Shown: positions 58,000 to 64,000 of the stretch, piece by piece
Numbering within the stretch: the first letter of the stretch is position 1
How the letters are laid out: the number at the start of each line of letters is the position of its first letter
From: Spirochaetota bacterium
GTDB taxonomy: Bacteria > Spirochaetota > UBA12135 > COTS27 > CBDBHE01
Reading direction: 5' to 3'
Length of the DNA stretch: 64,000 nucleotides
Assembly: GCA_965205605.1 (NCBI GenBank)
Contig: CBDBHE010000007.1
Coordinates: 640,001-704,000, forward strand
The notes under the pieces: model-generated
Told to the model about the DNA's origin: nothing
Databases searched by the model: none
Seen by the model: the letters and a program-made list of their open reading frames with translations, nothing else
Position numbers and translations under genes: made by a program

Positions 58000-60309
58000 T
58001 TACTTGATAGCAAAAAAATTAAGTTGACTTTTTGTATCTGTAATTTCTTCAATTAAATCTTGGTAAGAAGTGGAAGAGAGGGTGGATTCTAAAATTGGTT
58101 TAATTTGTTTTTCTAGATAATATTTATAATCAATAGAATTAGATTGGTTTGCAATAGGTTCGGGGCCTTCTTTAGTCATAAAATACTGAATATAAAAAGG
58201 CTTTTCTCCTTTTATTTTTTGAGCGGCTTGAAGGTGAAGAGGGAGAGATTTTTCATAAGTTTTTGTTGATTTTTTAAATCTTTTTTTGAAAATCAGCAAA
58301 GAATCTTCTTGTCCAGCAAGCAGCGATTTTTTAAGCTCTCTGATGATTTCACTTGGGTCTTGATTTTCAAAAAGGGCATTAATAATTTTTTTTTGTAGTT
58401 TTATAGCAATAGAAACAAAATCTTTTTTTATGGATTCGATTCCTTTTTCAACCCATTCTTTAGCAACTTCCTTTACAGCGATGTATTGAGGTTTTAGTTT
58501 ATCAAAACTAATTGATTTTTGTTCAAATAAAAATATTTTTTCATAAATATTTTTTATTTCAACTTTCAAATAAGAGTGAGCTTTGTACTTTTTTTTTAAA
58601 GTTTTTTCCCAGTAATGATTGAGTCGTTTACAAAGTTGTTGTATTTTTGATAAGAACTCTGTTTTATTAGAAGCAGAGATGATCATGCCTTCTGTATCGG
58701 CATAAAGAATTTCCCACCCCCAGGATTCTATTTTTTTCACGCTTTCTAAAGTAAAATAGGTGGCATTTTTGTTAATGGAGTCAAAAAGACCACTAAGGGC
58801 AAAACGGCTGCGAGGATTATTTAAAGTTGAAATCAGAGAAAAGAGGATTGAAGTGCTTGCTTTTTTCATTAAATCATTTTGTTCTTTATTACTTGATTTT
58901 GCTTTATTTAGATAGTCTTCGATAAGGGAAGGGAGAATATGTTTGGTGGTATGAAATTTAATTCCTCGAGGACTTGAAATGCTTTGAGTAGGATCTTGAA
59001 TGGCTTGCATTTTTCCAAGAGGATCAATTTTAAAGGTTTGTACAATAGAAGGAAAAAAATCCTTAAAATGAATCACACACACTTTGCCAAATGCACCATG
59101 CTTAGATTCGATAATATCTTCTGAAAAATCAGTATTGACAGGAGACGTCTTTTTTTCATTAGGTGCCACAAAGCGCTTTTGATGCAGTTTAGGCAAATAG
59201 AGATTATCAAAAACATAATTTGTGTTTAAAGCTCTTTCAATATACACTCCGCTTAGCAAGTAATGAGTTAATTTATACAAAAGAATTTTTTCTTTTTCAA
59301 AAATTTGACAGACTAGTTTTGAATCTTTTAAATTGTACTCAGCTAAGACTTCTTTTTGATTTAAGAAAAGAGATTCAATTTGTTTGATTTTTTTTTTGCC
59401 GGTTGCTTCAATTAATTTTTTCTCACCTAACAACACACTAGCTGCTGAGTCGAGTCGATAATCAGGCAATTTAATGTTTAGCCATTTTAACATTTGTATC
59501 CCATCTAAAATGAATCTTCCAGGGATTCTAATAATTAAACCTTTTTTATTTTTAGGTCGAAATGATTCGATGTTTCTTCTTTCAACTCCAATACAAAAAT
59601 CAAGATGATATTGTTGGTATTTTTTAATTAAAAAATCAAAATCAAAATTAACAACATTCCAACCGATAAAAACTTGAGGATTAATGATGTGGATTTCTTC
59701 AATAAAGGCTTTTAAAAGTTCTTTTTCATTAGGGTAATATTGAATGTAACCTTTTTTTTTAGAGGCTTTACCCCATATGATTAAAACTTTTTCTACGTTT
59801 TTACTATACAAACTAATGCAATAAAGATCTTTGTTGTTATTTCCTGTTTCGATATCAATTGAAAGAAGATTTAGTTCAATAGAGTTTTTGCAGTGATTGA
59901 TTTTAGGATTTTTAAAAATAAAATCATTTTCTTTTTTTTCGGTGGGTAAGCTTTCAAAATTAATACTTCCTTTAATATTTTTTTCCATTAAATAACGCAT
60001 TGAAGGTTCGATATCGGCTTCATATTGCTTATCTTTATCGATAACCTCACAAGCGTTTTTTAAATCTTTTTCTGTATTGAAATAGAGCAAATCAAGTGGT
60101 TTATTGTCTAAGGTTTTAAATTTTTTATTAATGATTTTTTTTGTTGTGTTTCTAATGGCTTGTTTTTTTTCTGCTGTAAAAAGAAGAAGATAAGGTTTTT
60201 CTTGTTCCCAGATGAAATTTTTTCCGTTTTCTAAAACCCCAAAATAAAGTAATTTAGAATCCGTATTTCCGATGTTTTCACAAGTGCCATTGATAATAAG
60301 TCCTTGCAT
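58000..60309 (-). CDS. polB: Family B DNA polymerase II homologue; exonuclease intact, polymerase site degenerate
   Basis: YEADI, Exo I SIDIET, Exo II GWNVVNFD, Exo III YNLKD, TFKIDPLG, KGIE, DYKYYLEKQIKPI, C-terminal QLNFF. Confidence 0.88.
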   Translation of the reverse strand: MQGLIINGTCENIGNTDSKLLYFGVLENGKNFIWEQEKPYLLLFTAEKKQAIRNTTKKIINKKFKTLDNKPLDLLYFNTEKDLKNACEVIDKDKQYEADIEPSMRYLMEKNIKGSINFESLPTEKKENDFIFKNPKINHCKNSIELNLLSIDIETGNNNKDLYCISLYSKNVEKVLIIWGKASKKKGYIQYYPNEKELLKAFIEEIHIINPQVFIGWNVVNFDFDFLIKKYQQYHLDFCIGVERRNIESFRPKNKKGLIIRIPGRFILDGIQMLKWLNIKLPDYRLDSAASVLLGEKKLIEATGKKKIKQIESLFLNQKEVLAEYNLKDSKLVCQIFEKEKILLYKLTHYLLSGVYIERALNTNYVFDNLYLPKLHQKRFVAPNEKKTSPVNTDFSEDIIESKHGAFGKVCVIHFKDFFPSIVQTFKIDPLGKMQAIQDPTQSISSPRGIKFHTTKHILPSLIEDYLNKAKSSNKEQNDLMKKASTSILFSLISTLNNPRSRFALSGLFDSINKNATYFTLESVKKIESWGWEILYADTEGMIISASNKTEFLSKIQQLCKRLNHYWEKTLKKKYKAHSYLKVEIKNIYEKIFLFEQKSISFDKLKPQYIAVKEVAKEWVEKGIESIKKDFVSIAIKLQKKIINALFENQDPSEIIRELKKSLLAGQEDSLLIFKKRFKKSTKTYEKSLPLHLQAAQKIKGEKPFYIQYFMTKEGPEPIANQSNSIDYKYYLEKQIKPILESTLSSTSYQDLIEEITDTKSQLNFFAIK

Positions 60310-60313
60310 TTTT

Positions 60314-61828
60314 TTAGAAAGCGTTTTGATGTTTTAAAGAGATGATAAAAAAATAAGTAAAAGCTAAAAAATAAAGAAAAGATAAAGAGACTAAACCCCA
60401 TTCATTTTTAGAAAAAAATAACAAGAAAGCTAAAATCGTATAAACACTTAAAGACAATTCAACTAAGATAATCAAGCTATTTTTTGAAGATTTATATAAC
60501 AGTTTTTTCTTAGTCTTCTTAGTGGTTTTTACAGAGGAGCCTGTTTTTGGAGTCCTAACAAAATGATTTTTTTTAGGGTTTGCTAAAAGAGCGCTAATAA
60601 CAGCGATTGAATTATTAGCAGCACTGCCTAGTCCCAACAAGACTAAAGCAGGAATCAAACGAATCTCTCTTAGGCAATTTTTTCTAAATAAAGCTATTTG
60701 AGAGCATGTATACATGAGCATAGGAGAAAGAAAACTACATACGAAAATGAAAATTATTAAAGGAATAAACTCTTCTTTAATAAGATAATTTTTGCTTTTA
60801 TAAAAAATAATTCCAAGAGGGACAAAAATTAAAACGGAAGTAAGGATAATAAGACTAATCCCATAATGAAGTAGATGAAACGAAGATTCTATTTTTTGTT
60901 TGATTTTAATAGGGCTTTTCCAAATAGGTAGCAGTAATTTTTTAGCCGTTTGAATGGAGCCTTTTGCCCACCTGTATTGCTGTGTTTTATAAGAGCTGAT
61001 ATTTTCAGGGATTTCTGAAGGACAAACAATGTAAGGTAAATAAACCATTTTCCATCCTTTTAGCTGGGACCTGTACGAAAGGTCTAAATCTTCAGTGAGG
61101 GTATCTGCTTGCCATCCCCCGGCTTCTAAAATGGCTTGTTTTTTCCAAATGCCAGCGGTGCCATTGAATCCAAAAAAAAGTTTGTTCCAATACCTGGCGG
61201 ATTGTTCTATAATAAAATGGCCATCAATTCCAATCGATTGAGTGGAAGTAATTTGATTGGTTTTTCGATTGGTATAGCCCCATCTTGTTTGCACCGCTCC
61301 TACTTTTTTGTTTTTAACAAAATGAGGGATAGTGTGTTTTAAAAAATTTTTAGGAGGGAGGAAATCGGCATCAAAAATAGCAATAAAATCTGCTTTTGAT
61401 AATAATAACCCATTTTGAAGGGCTCCTGCTTTAAAGTCAATTCTTTTTTCTCGGTGAATGTGAGTGATCAAAAATCCTATTTTTTGATATTTAGCAACAA
61501 TTTTTTCGATGATTTCTTTGGTTTCGTCAGTCGAGTCATCTAAAATTTGAATTTCATGTTTTTCTTTAGGGTAGTTTATTTGAGTGATTTTATCAATGAT
61601 TCTTTTGACAACAAATTTTTCGTTAAAAACAGGGATTTGGGTTAGGACTTTAGGGAGGTCATCGAGGGAATGAGATCGATAAAATTGTCTAATAAATTGT
61701 TTGTCATTTCCAATTTTTTTTTTGTGCTTTAAAAATAAATAAGTAATGTAAATATAGTGAATCCCAAAGATAGAAAAAATTAAGGCACAAAGAAGATAAA
61801 TGATTTCAAAAAAGAAAAGAAGATTCAT
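60314..61828 (-). CDS. Membrane GT2 glycosyltransferase, cellulose-synthase-like
   Basis: ILDDS, FKAGAL, FDADF, TEDLD and QYRW (D,D,D,QxxRW); flanking TMs. Confidence 0.92.
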   Translation of the reverse strand: MNLLFFFEIIYLLCALIFSIFGIHYIYITYLFLKHKKKIGNDKQFIRQFYRSHSLDDLPKVLTQIPVFNEKFVVKRIIDKITQINYPKEKHEIQILDDSTDETKEIIEKIVAKYQKIGFLITHIHREKRIDFKAGALQNGLLLSKADFIAIFDADFLPPKNFLKHTIPHFVKNKKVGAVQTRWGYTNRKTNQITSTQSIGIDGHFIIEQSARYWNKLFFGFNGTAGIWKKQAILEAGGWQADTLTEDLDLSYRSQLKGWKMVYLPYIVCPSEIPENISSYKTQQYRWAKGSIQTAKKLLLPIWKSPIKIKQKIESSFHLLHYGISLIILTSVLIFVPLGIIFYKSKNYLIKEEFIPLIIFIFVCSFLSPMLMYTCSQIALFRKNCLREIRLIPALVLLGLGSAANNSIAVISALLANPKKNHFVRTPKTGSSVKTTKKTKKKLLYKSSKNSLIILVELSLSVYTILAFLLFFSKNEWGLVSLSFLYFLAFTYFFIISLKHQNAF

Positions 61829-61858
61829 TAAACAATTTTTTTTTAAAAAAAAAATAAT

Positions 61859-62479
61859 TTAAATTATAGCATAAAGTTGCTCTAAATCTTCTTTATTATC
61901 AATATCAAAAAGCTTTGGCAAAAGAGAGAAATTAATTTTATTTTTTTTACTTTGTGTTATTGTTTGTGATAAAACTTGTTCATTACTCCATGAAATGCCT
62001 TTAAATAAAGAAAAGAGTTGTTTGTTACTTTTTCTAAGCCCTATTAAATAATAACCCCCATCTTGAGTCGGCCCTAAAACAAGGTCTTTTGTTTCAAGTA
62101 ACCTAAAGGCTTTGTTTAAAATGGCATGAGAAATAAAAGGAATATCACTGCCAATAATCACTACCTTATCAGAAGGTTTAATGAGGTGATTTTTAAAAGC
62201 CAAGGCCATTTTTTCTCCTAAATTATTTCCTGTTTGTTTAAAGCATTTTTTTTTAAAATCAGTCATTTGTTTAGAAATTTTTTTTAAAAAATGCCCTTTT
62301 ATTTGATCAATATAAAAATAAATTTGATATGTTTTTGGTAATCGATAAAGAGATTCTAAACGAAAGGATAATAGTTGTTGGTAAATTAAGCAAGCTTTTT
62401 TAAATCCAATTTCTTTTCCGAGTCTTGTTTTAACTTTCCCAACTTTGGGGTATTTAAAAAATAAGATAATGGTTTTCAA
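61859..62479 (-). CDS. TIGR04282/DUF2064 family transferase (arsenosugar/rSAM-associated)
   Basis: KYPKVGKVKTRL, Q.G.NLGEKM, IGSDIP, LGPTQDGGYYLIG, ISWS, DID..EDL. Confidence 0.88.
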   Translation of the reverse strand: MKTIILFFKYPKVGKVKTRLGKEIGFKKACLIYQQLLSFRLESLYRLPKTYQIYFYIDQIKGHFLKKISKQMTDFKKKCFKQTGNNLGEKMALAFKNHLIKPSDKVVIIGSDIPFISHAILNKAFRLLETKDLVLGPTQDGGYYLIGLRKSNKQLFSLFKGISWSNEQVLSQTITQSKKNKINFSLLPKLFDIDNKEDLEQLYAII

Positions 62480-62493
62480 AAAAATAAATCCGG

Positions 62494-64000
62494 TTATTTG
62501 TAATAAAGTTTGTATAAAATTTCTCCCCCTTTCTTAGGTGAAAAAAAACGAAAAATAAAATAAGACAAAAATAAACTAATCACTTTAACCACATTAAACC
62601 ATTTTGGGCCTTGTTTCCACTTTCTCATTGAAATAACGCCTCCATTTTTAAGTGAAGTAATCCTTCCACTGGCTTTTATTTGAAGACAAACTTCCACATC
62701 TTCAAATAATTTTATTTTTGGAAAACCGCCAGTAGCTTCCAAAGCTTCTTTTTTAAAGCACTGGATTTGATCCCCAAAACTAATTTGAGTCAAAAACACT
62801 CTTAGATTGTTAAGTTTGCTAATCCGCTTCATTTGTTTTTCTTCACGATATTGCATTGAAAACGAAAGCATTAAAATATTTGGGTTTTGTAAAAAAGTTT
62901 TTTTCATTCGCCCAAGGGTATCTTTATAAATCATAACATCACTGTGTAGTACGCAAATAAGGTTTCCTTTTGCTTGTAAATATCCTGCCTCAATTTGATA
63001 GCCTCTTCCTTTTTGACTTGTAATGACCCTGGCACCATGTTGTTTGCCTAAGGCGATGGTTTTATCTTCTGAACCCCCATCAGAGATGATGATTTCAAAG
63101 GGGATTTTAGAGTTGTTTTGTTTGATCGCTTTAATACAGTTTGAAATGGTTTTTTCTTCATTGAGGGTGGGAATAATAATGGTGATTAAAGGATCTTTGA
63201 TTTTTTTTCTAGAAAAGCCAAAGAGTTTATTTTGATACCACTCTACAAATAAACAACCTAAAAAAGGAAGGTAAATGAAATATTTTGCCAAAGGATATTC
63301 TTGCCAAAGTCCACTTGTGTAAAATCGATGGTAAAGAGGGAATGAGAAAATAAAACAAAAAGTCCATAAAAAAATACTACGAGTTTTAAAAAAAGCATTT
63401 AAAATTAACAGCATCCCTAAATACCAAGGGTGAATTATTGGAGAAAACAGTAAAAACAATAAATAAAAGAGAAAACAAGTCCGAATTAAATTGGCAGAAA
63501 ATAATAAAAAATACCCATAAATGATTATAAAGACACTTCTCATCATAAGAGGGGTGTTAAATAGCTTGATGCCCAAGGTATGAAAAAATGAATTATAAGA
63601 CATCTCCGTTCCAAAAGTAATCAGTGAATTAAGAAGAGTGGGTTCACCTCTCTGGTAATAAGGAGCGTATAACAATAAAGATAAGAGCGTTAAGAACATT
63701 AATTTTAGAGGGTGTTTTTTTAGAAAGAGTGGGAAAAAAAGAATTGAGGTGATTTTAATCTGTAAAGAAGCTAAGTAAAAAATAAGCATCATCATGGGTG
63801 ATTTTTTGTCTTTATATAAAAAAGCAAGCAATAGAAAAAATATTTGTACAACATCAATATGACCTTCTCCAATCACAAAAAAAAGCCAAAGAGGATTGAG
63901 AGCAATTAAAAAAGTAACATTAGGGTCTTTTTTGTTTTTTTTAAGCAGTAAAAATAAAATTCTTAAAATCCCAAGAGACAAAAGGCAAATAAAAACTTTA
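62494..64000 (-). CDS. Fusion of GT-C (GT87/DUF2029-like) membrane domain and TIGR04283-like GT2; frame open to the window end, so 5' part missing
   Basis: LNPL...GEGHID, SPIIHPWY; C-terminal IIIPTLNEE, DGGSED, GRGYQ...G, LHSD, FGDQ, GGF...LFEDVE. Confidence 0.82.
   Translation of the reverse strand, partial: KVFICLLSLGILRILFLLLKKNKKDPNVTFLIALNPLWLFFVIGEGHIDVVQIFFLLLAFLYKDKKSPMMMLIFYLASLQIKITSILFFPLFLKKHPLKLMFLTLLSLLLYAPYYQRGEPTLLNSLITFGTEMSYNSFFHTLGIKLFNTPLMMRSVFIIIYGYFLLFSANLIRTCFLFYLLFLLFSPIIHPWYLGMLLILNAFFKTRSIFLWTFCFIFSFPLYHRFYTSGLWQEYPLAKYFIYLPFLGCLFVEWYQNKLFGFSRKKIKDPLITIIIPTLNEEKTISNCIKAIKQNNSKIPFEIIISDGGSEDKTIALGKQHGARVITSQKGRGYQIEAGYLQAKGNLICVLHSDVMIYKDTLGRMKKTFLQNPNILMLSFSMQYREEKQMKRISKLNNLRVFLTQISFGDQIQCFKKEALEATGGFPKIKLFEDVEVCLQIKASGRITSLKNGGVISMRKWKQGPKWFNVVKVISLFLSYFIFRFFSPKKGGEILYKLYYK

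Noticed and set aside
53708-64000. Functional link between polB, the glycosyltransferases and the hem genes
   Set aside because: Long co-oriented runs of unrelated genes occur throughout this window, so adjacency alone is not evidence

Overview
A very AT-rich, homopolymer-rich bacterial chromosome segment, most likely from a spirochaete (CheX, DUF5312-like protein, LipL21-like lipoprotein, spirochaete-style lipoboxes). It is mostly housekeeping genes: pgm (partial), purQ/purL, fabV, prs, PBP1A, aceE-aceF-lpdA, dsbD, comM, aroB, greA, purH, trxB, tatABC, serB, uppP, trpS, serS, hflX, argC, sucCD and ccsA-hemA-hemC-hemL, plus three tRNAs (Ile2-CAT, Gly-GCC, Ala-GGC). The most notable items are: (1) a full-length Pol II-like family B polymerase with both catalytic aspartates and motif B lost, but all three 3'-5' exonuclease motifs and a C-terminal beta-clamp motif retained, a candidate stand-alone clamp-bound proofreader; (2) a tandemly duplicated lipoprotein locus built from 39-aa repeats with block-variable positions, one copy frameshifted, with a palindrome at the duplication junction; (3) a decayed island next to tRNA-Ile2 holding a frameshifted sulfatase and an unannotated DNA methyltransferase relic; (4) an arsenosugar-type glycosyltransferase cluster with a GT-C/TIGR04283 fusion; (5) a predicted outer-membrane barrel with a ~210-aa coiled-coil insertion. 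All family calls come from motif recognition by eye; no searches were run.
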